A stretch of DNA of 64,000 bases, taken from positions 2,480,001 to 2,544,000 of the forward strand of contig CM030338.1 in assembly GCA_017654855.1 (NCBI GenBank), in the 5' to 3' direction. The DNA comes from Podospora anserina (Eukaryota). The notes under the pieces were generated by a model. The model was not told the DNA's origin and made no database searches. It saw nothing but the letters and a program-made list of their open reading frames with translations. Below, in pieces: positions 1 to 12,500 of this stretch. Within the stretch, counting starts at the first letter, position 1. Every line of letters begins with the position of its first letter. Made by a program: the position numbers and the translations under genes.

Positions 1-1971
1 TGTGACTGAAGGTAACCATGAGTTGTATGCCTCCGAAGTGGCCTACCAGACATTCAACAATTTTAGCAGGGCCTGGGGTGACAAGTATTTGACTTCCAAT
101 GTAGAAATCATGAACCCTGACACTCAGGAGTGGGAGCACATTGGAAAGACGCACAAGTACTTTACTACAAAACATGGTATGTCGCTCCGCCCATTTTCGG
201 CTGGATAAGCGTAACTGATAGTCTTTCTCAGGCCTTCGCATCATGGCTTTCGGTGTTCTCTTTGACTTCACTGGTACGTGTCAGCCTTCACATCCGGAAC
301 GAGCATATCTAACCTGAGCAGCCAATACAAATGCCTCACGGATCACCAAGGCGGCGGATATGATCAAGCAGGACTGGTTCCAGCAAGCGGTTCATCATCC
401 CAAACCTATTGATGTCTTCCTTGTTCTTGGTCACAACTCAGCACGTCCTGGACGCCAGGCCAGTACCCTGAAGACTGTCTACTCTGCCATTCGGGAGGCC
501 CATCCTGACACTCCGATTCAGATATTTGGTACGTATTGTCTGTTCGCATAGAGTGAGAGAAACCAACGTATCACAGGTGGGCATAGTCACATGCGGGACT
601 TTGTTGTCTATGACCAAAGCTCTACCGCTTCTGAATCTGGTCGATACTGCGAATCTCTTGGTTGGTTTTCCATGTCGGGCTTCAACTCTTCCAACAGCGG
701 TTTTACTGGCCCTCTCAACCCCAAAGGCGTCCCCAACCCCAACCGAACGGCCGTTGTCGCCAACCCAGTGAACCCTACCCCCATCGACAAGAGGAGTAAG
801 CAAAAAACCTCTCCCTTCCTCTACTCCCGTCGGTATCTCGACTGGAACCGTCTTACCTTTGACTATCACGCCCCCGGCTCGCAGTTCCTCCACAACGACA
901 TTCTCTCCCGCCCCAACTTCATCTCCTCCCCCTCTAGCTCATCTAACAGCTCATCCCAGCTGAAACAACTCGGTGCTCAAATCTCGTCTAGTATCACATC
1001 CTACCGCCATCAATTGGGCTTGGGAAAGGTATATGGGTGCACGCCACAGACGTTTTGGGTGACCGGGGCGCCGTTCATGGCGCCGAACTCGATGTACACC
1101 TTTTTGGCGGACGCAATGGCCCATCAGATTCTGAACCCAAAGAGGGCAAAGGTTCCGAGGGTTCATATCAGCAATACGGGAATGGCGAGATTTGACTTGC
1201 ACAAAGGACCGTTCACGATGGATGATAGTTATATCACTTCGCCGTTTCCCAGCTTGGTGGTGTATATTCCCGAGGTGCCATGGGAAATGGCGAAAGGGGT
1301 GCTGGAGCGGATGAATAAGAAGGGCGCGGGGCAGGGGAGGAGGGTTGAGTATAATACCACGTCTGTCGGTGATCCCAAGGGAAAGAGAGAATTTGGGGTC
1401 TGGCAAGGAGAGGAGTGTGTCAACCCACCGATTGAACAGTTTGGGGCTATGGGGAAGAGAAAGGTCTTGGGGAAGAGAAAGGTCTTGGGGAAGAGGGAAG
1501 AAATTATGGGGGTGCCGGTGGGTAATGGTGGTGGGGGGAGGCAAGAGGTGTTGGAGGTGGGGTATACGACTGAGGATGACTTTGGGGTGGACGGGGATGA
1601 TACGATTCATGCGAGAATCGCCAACTATGAGATTCCGGCCTATTTTGGGACTACCGCTGGGTTTCCGGAGTGGAAGAAGGGGGGGAGGAAGGGACGGAGG
1701 CAGGAGCCAAGGGTGGTGGATTTGGTTTTTAATGATTTGTAAGTTTTCCTTCCCTGGGAAATGAATGTGTGGATATGGGCCGACAATGGACAGTATCAAC
1801 GATGATCTACTTGCCGCACTTGGGGGGAACTACACGGCGGACGACATCAAGTTTTACATGGAACCATCAAACTACACGCTGAGAGACTTCTTGGTGCCAT
1901 ATGTGGAACAAAACTGGCAGGCGGGGATGCCGATGTGTGAGATTTCAGGGAGAAGGCCTCACGTTGGGTGA
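1..1971 (+). CDS. Calcineurin-like metallophosphoesterase / 5'-nucleotidase family protein (5' end outside window)
   Basis: Spliced exons ~12-176, 232-~272, 322-528, 577-1738, 1794-1971 give GNHELY, GLRIMAFGVLFDFT, LGHN and GGHSHMRD metallophosphoesterase motifs, plus a C-terminal region with RFDLHKGPFT and GYTTEDDFG. Introns are GT..AG. Confidence 0.85.
1451..1497 (+). repeat. 18-bp coding tandem repeat (GGGAAGAGAAAGGTCTTG), encodes GKRKVL x2 + GKRE
   Basis: Directly visible repeat within the ORF. Confidence 0.8.
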
Positions 1972-4900
1972 ACGGGGGGGGCAGAGTTCTATTAAGTTTT
2001 TGTGTTCTTTTCATTTTTTGGGTGGCGTTGATGGGAGTGAAAAAGTAGGTACAGAAAAGCTGTGCGAGATATGACTTTGAGTTGTGTTAATTTATGGATG
2101 GGAAAATCGAAGGAGGACGGCGATCCGGGTGATTATAGACATGAGTTTTTTGAACGAAATTTTAGAGCATTGACTTGGACTGTGATGTGGTGGGGAAATA
2201 CAATAATGTTTAATGATCATTTGAACAGTGAATGCACGGATTTTATCATGTCATGTGTCTCTGATGACCTAGAGGGCCCATCCCTAGCCAGTTCAAAAGC
2301 CTTGTTTTATCGGATATTGGTCATTTCTATCAGCATGGTGAAGAGACCTTGGCAACAATCCATCAATGATTTGCCTCCGGACCTTGGTTTTCATCCTCAT
2401 ACAAGTCAGCTACATTTCCTCGGCCATGTCTTGTGTGTCTTCTGACACGGTATCAGACCAGGACTTCTGCCTTGCATCTCGATACATATGTAGCACTTCA
2501 TCTCTTCGCGGTGGGATTCTGGTACTGTGGTTGAGATGGAGTCTGCGGTTGTCGACCTTGTCTATTTGATGTGTGTTGGGAATCGCAGGGTTTTCCTAAC
2601 ATGAAGCTCGGGGTTAGTTAGGTTTTGTTTGTGGTATAGGTAGATAGTCTTCGGGCTGTTTGAGTGTGGAGGGGATTATGCTAGGTAGAGGAAGGATACA
2701 CAGGTAGTTATTTGCAAGCTTTGAATGGTGTCCGTTTTATTATTCGTGTTATTCTTTTCTCTTGTTTTGGGGAGTGTCTATTTTTCTATACATAGTGTTG
2801 CTTTTTTCCTTCACGAGGGTGGGGGGTTGTCTTTCTATGAGTGTTTTTGTGTTCAGAAGCCGTGAGTGGTATTTATGTTTATGTTTGACCTTGGCTACTG
2901 CATCAGGGATGGTGGTCCTCGGCAAGGCTCGAAGTGAGATGAAGAAACATCAGAGCTTGATATCTGGATAACTTTACTGTAAGTTCTATGTGACTATACC
3001 CGTACTCTGATAACGGATAATGTTCAACTGTGGAATCTCATCATGTATATAGAGATCTTCCACCCACTTTAGGCAGGTGCCTGCCGAGTGTTGAACAGTG
3101 GAAGGTGCACCTAATGTCCATCTAATCTGTATGTTGCCTGCCTGCCCAGGTACAATGAGAATTTCGACTGAGGCAGTTGCGATGTAGCTAGGCTGGGAAG
3201 GAACAGGACAGGGGCTGCCTTCCATCTCTGGCTGAGTAAAGGCGATGGTCAGGCTGCCAGTCTGGATGGACGCTTCCTCTCTTGCCGGTGTGCCCCGCAT
3301 GACCTTTTCTTTCCCAAGCATCTTCACCATCAATGTACGATCCCTGCCACCGCGCAATACACCATCAAGCGGCCTATTTACTGACAGTATAACAGAAATT
3401 TTACTTCCAACCACGTCTCTAAACTGAAGCGGAAGCGGGCGTTTCATCCGAGGCAGTCGCCGACAAGCAGAGAACCAGTTTTCCAATTTCCCCAGCACAA
3501 GAGCATATCACTTGTTCCTTATCCCGACGCATGGCTGGTCGAATCAACAAAACAGACTGTCCAGACGATCTGCTGCCGTCGAACCGCCATCGTCATCTTC
3601 AATGTGTTGATCAATTCATGTCCTTGGATCAACAACTTGCTCCCCATATGTTCATCCCAACTTTTGACAACACTCCAACTCCATGAGCATCGAAACATGT
3701 GAACGGCGTGGCGAGTCGGGCTATCCAAACTGTCATCTAGCTGGCAATGCAGGTCTCGGCGACCGGCAACGGAAAGTGTCAGACATCTGAAAGGATGACA
3801 CTGAGCGCTCGACGGTAAGGCGTGAATGTACAGTACATACCTGTTCAAACCTTACTCCAGACCGACAGACACTGACATAGCTGCTAGCCCCTGCCTCGCC
3901 TCCATCACAAGACAAACCCATTCACCGAGATCACGCCAGGCAGACCGTCCCCACCGGACTACTCGCATGTAGGCCGTTTGGCCGTTTGAGCTCTTTGCCG
4001 GAATGACGTCGCGGCGCGGCAACGGCTCAGCGTCCGTTGGCGGTGGCTAGAGAGCGTTTCTTTCGACGGTGCCTTTCGACGTGCCTTTCGATAGTGCGTC
4101 ATTATAGCGATACTGGGTCAAGGCGGCTAGTGACACCTGTCCGGTCTCTGCCTGGGTTTCCCTGGTACCTGTCAAAGCAGCTGTCAAGCGATATCGCATT
4201 CTGAGATGACATTGATGTGTTTTGGGGCAGATTTCCGGCAACTGCCTAACCCCCTAACAGCCTCGACCAGGTCTCGCAGGCAACAAGGCAATACCGGCTC
4301 GCGCTGTTGAATGACACCGGGACATTCGGCCTCTGCCACTTTTGCCCGCCGCGCCGACCGTCTTGTCCCTGTCTGCCGTTGTCACGAACACCTCGCTAGC
4401 GTCAAAAAAGCTTAACTCATGTTAAACCACAAGCTTGCCCCTGAGCTCCTGCTGCGTCCGTATCAGAGGCTAACAAGGGGCATGCATGGGGAGAACAAAG
4501 ATCGTTTCGAACCCGATCATTTGATCGCCACTTTCTCGGCCTTCAATCCCTCTTCCGATATTTGTTCGTTATGCAGTTCAACAGCCAGGTCAGCGGCTAA
4601 TGCCGGACAATGTGCTCACGATCGAGCTGTATCCTCACCTTTAGCAACGTCCAGAGCTACAGCTTCCAAATTGGATCGTCCCGAGTTTGGCTGCCCATGT
4701 TCGCATCGGTTAGGCAGTACAGCTTTTCTTTCTGCTACCATAGTTCCGCGTTGGTCATGAGGCAGATGTGGTGGCGGGGCATGATCCAGGAGGTCCGGCG
4801 GAAACCCGAAGCCTGTTCATTTGGGCGAGACATTTGACGCCTCCCGCTTGCTGACGCTGAAGATGAGAGAATATGTTCCCGGATACTCATTCTACCCCCA

Positions 4901-7859
4901 TAGTGGCCCATCCCACACCGGGACCCGCAAGCGAAACCGACAAGTGTGCGGGTATACAAAGTCGTGACTGGTATTGACTGGTTCGGATGTGTCATTCAGC
5001 AAGACATTCTCATCTTGACAACCCTGTTCGCCAACCTCATTGCCGCCCTTTTCCTTCCCCACCCCTCACAAAACAACAACATGTCGCCGGGACAGGGCCA
5101 GCATTTTCACTAGCACACCCCATGCTTTGCTGCTGTCACCCACCGATCTCGGTAGCACAGATCTCCCTTTAGCTTGCTGTAGTGCTGCTCATCTGTCTAC
5201 CCATCATGCCATTCCGTTTGTCGGTTTCTGCCAACATGTTGTTGTATGTATGTAGGTAGAGACCTGTCGTGTTAGCAGGGATCGGGTGGAGGATGAGTCG
5301 ACTTCCACGCGGAGCAAGTGCCGTCATTCACATGGAAGCCATGTATTCTGGTAAGGTTTTGTATATTTTACTTATTTTTGGTTCTGGTAGTAGCAGACTC
5401 ACCGGGTAGGTGGGTGTGTCACCGAACAAGGACTCTCGGAACCACCCAACGACCGGGCGAGGTCTCTGTTGTGGTTTCTCGGGTTCACTTGGCTTGAGAC
5501 ATTTTGTCAATTTGCTATGTGGTCAACCTCCGTCCCCTTCCCCCAGCCTGCCCGCCAACCCAGTCCAATGTGCTGGCACACACAGTAAGTAGCCACAGGG
5601 CCTATCATCTTGGTATTATTTGCTCCGATTCGATTTCGGGTTGTGACCAACTGGCCTTTTCCATTTATTATCTATACTCCCGAGAGACAAAGAAGAAGAG
5701 TTTGCTGTTGTAAGTTTGGGAATAAGAAAAAAAAGAAGGAAGAGAGTAAGGTTGGTACTGCGGAATAAGCGACAGGCAGGTGGGATGTATCCGCTGTTAC
5801 ACTTACACAAGACGACTCACGCGTTCGTTTTCGGCTGTGGGGCAGAGGGGGGTAGGGGGAATGGTTAGTACCTACCTACCCCAAGTGTGTGTTTTCTTTT
5901 GCTTTCGGTTTATTCAGGTAGTTTCTTCTTCTTGACCGCTTTCTTGGGTATGGGTTAATCATGGGATTAATGTACAGTATCTTTGTGTTTCCTGACGTTT
6001 GGGGGGAGTCAAATGTGTGACCTGTTTTCGTCTTGCAGATTTTTTGGACAGGAAATCTGTAAAAATGGCATGATGGGTAGGTATCGTGATATACTACAGG
6101 TGGTGGAGGTTTTATTTCATGGAGGGAGCATTTTTCGGATAGCAGTGCTCCCTGCTTTTTAGGTCAGGCAGTTAGTTCCCCTGTCCTGTTAAGCAAGGTA
6201 CCTGAGGTAGGTAGCTCAGATTCATTGTGGTTGTATGGTGGCGGTTGTGTGTGTGTGTGTGTGTGGGTGGGGGGGGGGACGACATATGCTTTGCTGTATA
6301 TGCCATCTGAGGGGAAGTGTTGGAATGTACATGTCGTGGGTGGGTTGGGCAACAGTTTGGCCGAGATGGAAAGTAAGGTAGTTATGGGGGTATAAAGTGA
6401 GGCGTTTCTCGTTTCAGGAGTGGCGGTCTGTAAAGAGGTTGGGTCGTACATTTTCTCCTTTTTAGGCATTTCTGAGTGGGAAGATCGTGTGTACTATTAC
6501 TCTGGTTTGTTGTTGTTTATTGGTCTCCAGAGAAGGGGAGAAGGCTGGGTTGACCAGTTATTTTGGGGGTGGGGGGAGGTGTTGATCAACCTGTTCGTAG
6601 GTAGAGCCAGAAATTTGTGTGTATGTGTGTGGGGGGATTTAGGTACTGCTAGACACCACATGCCCAAAAGCAAAAGTATTAGAGCGGAAAAGAAGCAAGC
6701 TTTCCCTAGGTAAGGTCCATGAGAACCCCCCTCCTTTCCCATAACCGGAACCGACGCAACCTCTTGACACGAACCATTGAGATCTCATCTACTACATACT
6801 ACCCGTCTGTAGTAGGTACATAAGTGGACGCCACAAAATGTACGAATGACACGATGAACAACGGGGGAGGGGGACGCTATGCCCCTTCTGTCAGCACTTA
6901 CAGTACAGATATTAGGCCTCATGCAGCAGCAGCTGCTGCTGCTGATGCTGCTGCTGCCTAGGTGGGTGAGTTGAGTGGCGACGGGACTTCTCCTGCTTGT
7001 CTGCAGTATCCGTTGCTTCCGGGTGGTGGGTGAATACCTTGGAGGAAGGAAAACAGAGGCACGTTACATTCCGAGATCCTAGACCTGCCGATGGTTTTCC
7101 CAAAACCCTGCGAGGCATGTCTTGGGTGATCTGAGACAGGAAGAGCTGTCCTCGCTCGATTTATTACCTTCGCTTGGAGGCACAACTAGTGGATGCAGGT
7201 GTCGGCAGCTTGCACGGTAGGAAGGCGATTAGTGGTTTGCCCCTGTTGAGGTGCATGTCCGTGTGGGTGAGGTTGACGAGGTGGTTTTGGCAGGTGATTG
7301 CTTGCCTGGTCCTGAATGCTTTCGTCCATGTGATGAATCTGTTGGTTTGATGTGTTTTCATGATGGTTGGTTTGCAAAGCATTGTCACGATGCAAAAGCA
7401 CAATACTGAGATATACAATTTGTTTTCAATTTTTGAGTATTCTCTTTCTCTCTCTTTCCCACCGCGTCTTTGCAGCGCTCCTTCTTTCTACCCTATATAT
7501 AAAACCCCTTTGGAAGCGTGTAATAACGCCTGTATTCTAGATATTCTAGACCCTTTTTTTCTCCCCCAAAAGTAGTAAAAGAAGTCACCAGAAAATCTTG
7601 CTTCTCCCCTCGCCATCTTCAAAACTTGAGAAAAACGTGTGTGAGAACGGTTGGTATCTCTCTAGAAATACAAGCAACAATGAGGGAAAAACACCAAAAA
7701 GTTCTCAGCCTCGAGTCAAACTCCTTTCTGCGACTTGATACCCCCAAAGCCTAAACAGAGACGCCGGAAAATGACAATGATAAAAATGCTGATGACAAAA
7801 AATGCAAAGCAGAATCCATCATGCTTTCCAGCAGTTAAACGCCTCCCTTCTTGATGGGG

Positions 7860-7870
7860 AAAAAAAAAAG

Positions 7871-7918
<48 letters not shown>

Positions 7919-7938
7919 AAAAAAAAAGAAAAAAAAAA
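7860..7938 (+). repeat. ~79-nt interrupted poly(A) tract (poly-U in the probable homeobox 3' UTR)
   Basis: A-run with a few G interruptions, ~210 nt past the homeobox stop on the minus strand. Confidence 0.95.
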
Positions 7939-8151
7939 GCGCAAGGCCCGGGCTTGTTGTTTGATAAAATACATCTGAAAATAAACCGCGGGCCGGAAAC
8001 AAAAAAAGGTCCAGACCGGTCCAAAAGGTCGAAGAGAAAAAGACGTTGAACAAAGAAAACAAAAAAAGCCGTTGAGATCATTCTCAATTTCGCGGCAAAT
8101 AGGCGACCGGTGGTGCTAGGGTGCTAGCCGAACCGTTGACGTTGTGTTCGG

Positions 8152-9595
8152 TTAAACGCTGCCCCGACTCATGCTGACGGCATGGCGGCGCTTAAGGCTC
8201 TCCAGGTCGTCCTCGTAGGCGCTGCCGTCTCCATCGCTCATGGGGCTGTCCCGCTTTCCAAGGCCCATGTCGTATTCGCCGCGCTCGGTAGAAGTGAGAA
8301 GCTTGCCGTCGGCGTTGCGGCCCGCCGAGGACATGGCATCCGATTCGGCGCGCGCGTTATTAAGCATGACGGGGAGCTGGCGCCGGCGGGCGTTGATGAA
8401 CCAGTTGGAGATTTGATCTGGTTGTCAACGGTTAGTGGTGACCAAGGACAAACGGTGTGGCGTTACTTACTCATTTGGAGGCCCGTTTGGCGCATGAGCT
8501 CCTGCTTCTCATCCTCGGTCGGGTATGGGTGGTGCAAATGAGCGACAAACCAGGCACGAAGCTTATCTGTCGTCTCCTTGGGCAAGTTCCCGCGACGCTT
8601 GCGCTGCTTGTTCTCGCCGTTCATGCCCATGCCTCCCAGCTCACCAACGCGCATGTACTCTGGGTAGCCCGAGCCGTAACCACCGGCCGAGAAAGGGGTG
8701 CGGTCGAAAGGCCCAACAGAGCTCATTGAGAGCGACTGAACGCGCGAGGGATGGTGGTAGCCAAAGTAGGCGCTAGATCGGTGGTGAGGGGGGTAGCCCT
8801 CCCCGGAATTGGAGCTAGAGTGGCCTCCCATGATGTGACGGAAGTTGTCGGGATAATCATCCTCGCTTGAAGGACCACGAATCCGAGGCATCGTCGCCGA
8901 GCGCTGATCAAAGTTCATGGTGGGAAGCCTTGGAAGGGTAGGCCGACTCATGTATCGGTCTGAAGATTCGATGGGTGCTGACTCCCTCATGGATGGGAGA
9001 TTTCGGTGCGAGGCGTAGGGGCTTCTCCGAGATGGGCTCCTCGCCCAGGTCTCGTTCAAGGACCTAGAAGCGATGGCGGGCGACATTCCCCGGCCTCCGT
9101 GATACTCTCGCTGAGGGCTGGGGTACACTCTTGGGATCTGGCTTCCACGCTCATCCCTGTCTTCCCCGACCGACAACCGCCTGCGCTTGTTCTGGTTTGG
9201 TGAATGTGTGTAGGAAGGGGGAGTGATGGCGCCAGCTGGGTATCCTGCAACAGGTGATGCTACCGAGGATGGTACTCTGGTGTTGGCGTCTGAAGGCCTC
9301 GACTGCATCGAAAGCTCAGGAATCATCTGGTTCTCTTGTTAACTGACCACGACCACCGAATAAACACTCCCGGGTCAATTACCTGTCGAATCGAGGGAAG
9401 AGCAACCCTCTCGGGCTCACTCGGCCTTCTCGAGTTGAAGCCATAATCGGCTTGTCTGTGCTCGTCCCAAGCAAACTCACGCTTGAACGCAGAGTGAGGG
9501 GAAGGTTGGGCCATGGCGATCATCGACATGGTGTTGTAGTTTTCGGTTTCTTGTCCGCGAACACGATAAGAGGATGCTGAAGGGCTATATTCCAT
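8152..9595 (-). CDS. TALE-class (KN/TGIF/Cup9-like) homeodomain transcription factor, probably the bek-1/pah5 orthologous group
   Basis: Exons 9595-9383, 9326-8471, 8417-8152 (introns 9382-9327, 8470-8418). The spliced homeodomain reads KQRKRRGNLPKETTDKLRAWFVAHLHHPYPTEDEKQELMRQTGLQM/NQISNWFINARRR, with the TALE HPYP loop and WFINARRR. Start could be the ATG at 9595 or ~9529. Orthology is inferred only. Confidence 0.93.
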
Positions 9596-12500
9596 GTGGA
9601 ACAAATAGAGCAAAATTGTTTCAGATGCCTGCCACACAGCGAGCAACTTTCTATGAGAAAGATCGAAGGCGAAAACTTGGCTGTCTCGGTGATGATATGA
9701 TGTCAGGAGGTTGGAGAGTTCGGCAGAAGCGAAGAAGTGGTGATGTTTCGAGTCCTGCCGAGTTCAGAATGGGATGATGATGATGTATCGATGCAATGAA
9801 GCAGGGAGGTTTGGATGAAAGGGGGCGAGTGATATGAGTCCTTTTGTACAGCGTGCCGGTTGCGTCCCAGGTGCCAGGACCGCCTTCCCAAATCTCGATT
9901 TAAGTTGACGATTGGATACAATGGGTTTTGACGCACAGATGGCGTACCCAAAAAAAAAATAAAAAAATAAAAAAAAGTTGCTAGACAAAGTGTCGACGCA
10001 GTCGCAACGGCGGGAAGCTTAATTTGAAACCGCTACTATCAAGAAGCGAACAGGTCAAGCTATCCAGGCTAGAAAGGTCAGCAAATTCCCTAGTGGTCTC
10101 CGAGAGACATTGGGCGCTGGTTGAGGGAAAACGGTCCGCTCATCGACAGTCGAGGCTTTTGCAGCTTTGGTGAGAGGGCGGAAGCAAGTTTTGAGGAAAG
10201 GCAAGGAAGAGGCTCAACGGGAGTTATATTAAAAGCTGGAGCAGGTTGAGATCGAATGGGGCCACCCTAACGCACAACAAGGCCGGGCATGCGAGCAGGG
10301 GGGCGAGGATGACATCGACACCAGCCAGGGGGGGAACCAGGACAAGCAGCTGCTCCAGAGAGTACGAGTACGTATTGTGGATAGCTGTCTGTACGATACG
10401 CTCTGTACTGTAAGTACAGACGGAGCGAGAAACAGAACAAAGACAGACGGGCAGGTCGGCAGGGCGGGAGGACAGGGTCAAGGGCAGTTCGGCTGTGGCC
10501 CGGTCCTTGGAGCATGGGGTGGGGGAGCGAAGAACCAGTGTGGAGTGTGAGAGCCGGGTTTGCCAGTTGCCAGACGGAGAGCACTGCGTTATTGGGGAAG
10601 TGATAGGATAGCGTTCTGCAAGACCGCGTAAGGTCCCTAGTGTAGGGCCTTTTTCGAACAATGTAAGAAACCCCGGGTCCGAAAGACAGGAAACGGACGG
10701 CAACAGTGCCATGTAACCCTCCCCTCTGACTGCTTGCTGTCTGCTGCTGCGTCGGCGGGTCAGGGCCTGCGGCAGCAATGGGGTGGCGTTGCCTTGGTGT
10801 GGTGGTTGTGGTGGTGGTGGGACAGCGGCGAGATTTTCCAGACGGGATTCCTGAAGCTTTGGGAGGTGCAGTTGTCGTGCCGAGGATGGTGCTTCTCCTC
10901 GTTGTAGCAAGTAGCAAGGCTTGAGAGAGGGAAGACGAGGCCCATGTGAGAAGGTACTCCGTGCTCCGTGCAGGGGGATTGTACTGTACAGTACCGAGAA
11001 ACAGAAGCAGGAGACGGGCCAAGTGCTAGAGAGGTAAGGTAGGTAGGTAGGGAGAGATGCAAGAGACGTTGGCCGACAGGGGTCTTCGCTAAGACCCATG
11101 GACAGCCTACTCCCTCCCCGGCACCCCCCGTCGTGGTTTCGGTGGGCCACCCCCAGTCTCCTTGCACGACGGTTGGCGAAGCTAGATGAAATTGCCCGAT
11201 GGAAGAAGATTCTCTGACAGGGAGATCCCTTCCACGCGTGCCATCGCATCTGCAGACACGCCCTCCCAGCCCAGTGCGTGCACCAATTCACAGTCCACTG
11301 CACCACGCCAAGCCGAGCACACGGGAGTTGTGTCCTGTTCGAGCTGCTCGGAGGAAGCGCCGTAGCTTTCCGCTGGTCCTGCGCACTTTTTGACAACATA
11401 TCACACTCCCACAGCCATCTCAGCCCTGCCTCTTTTGGTGAATGACAACCCGGGAGACGAACACACTCCCATGCCCGTGGCCGGCGAGTCTCCTGAAGGA
11501 GAACAACGACTGATTGATGAGAGCAGAGCAGAGCAGCAGGGCAGCCCGAGGGCGTGGAATGAAACGACAGTCTTAGCTGACTAGGAACAGTGAAACTTGC
11601 CGTTCACGGGCTCACCCACGGCGCTGGGTGCTGTTTGGACTCAACTGTAAGTGATGTGATTAGCTAGGAGCATGGGAATGTGAATCGTGAAATGTGAACC
11701 GCAATTCCGAAAGCCCATGCACCGCGTAGTGTGAGGTCATGGCGTGGTGTTGGTGCTGCGGCTAGCATATTCAGTGGGTGCCTCGGTGCCTGACTGTCAT
11801 TCGGCGACTGCCTGACTGCTGACGTGATGTGGATTTCAAGTGGTTTCTGCATCCCCAGAGGTTGAGTTTGCTTTTGCTGTCATTTCGATCCCGGTTGACA
11901 AAAGTCCGAAAAGCATCGGACTGGAGATAAATTGCTCGCAAAGGGCCGAGTTTGGTGTTGTGAACTGGCCTGGCATTGGTTGGCATCTGGACACTGTCTG
12001 CCACTGCAGCCACACTACACTACTGCTCCCTAGGAGCACAGGGCACCCTCTGCACAGTGACCTGGAATCCCTTCTGACCGGCCAGAGCCAAGCGCCGGCA
12101 GCCGCGACTTTACAACTAGAGCGGGATAATCAAAAGTCAAATGACAGATCAGTAATCTGTTTGCCGCGCCATGATTCAGATCATCGCTCAAATATTAGCA
12201 CGGGCTATCAAGCCACCCGTTCCTGGCGAAACTCGGCGAGCGAGAGCTGTCACTGAGCAAGAGCCGGAAGTGGGGTGGGGGTGGTGGGGTGGGGGAATGC
12301 GATCGTAGCTGCCAGATCTGACTTGATTTTTTGACATTTCAAGTGGGGGGACCACCATCAGGCAGGTGAGGCAGGCGGGCAACCTGGAAGCTCGTCATCG
12401 AAATTCCAAAGTTCCCCCCTCCTTTGCCTCCCACATTTCATAATCATACCTACCTTATTCCTCACCCCATCGATCACGCCAGTCTCGGCCGGGTCAGCAT

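Noticed and set aside
951-1799. 282-aa antisense ORF
   Set aside because: Antisense shadow of the phosphoesterase exon.
2986-3921. Minus-strand ORFs of 170, 109 and 62 aa with one plausible intron
   Set aside because: No recognisable homology or coherent gene model by eye.
10224-11399. 391-aa and 251-aa minus-strand ORFs upstream of the homeobox gene
   Set aside because: Random-like composition, microsatellite-derived segments and no domain; likely promoter or 5' UTR.
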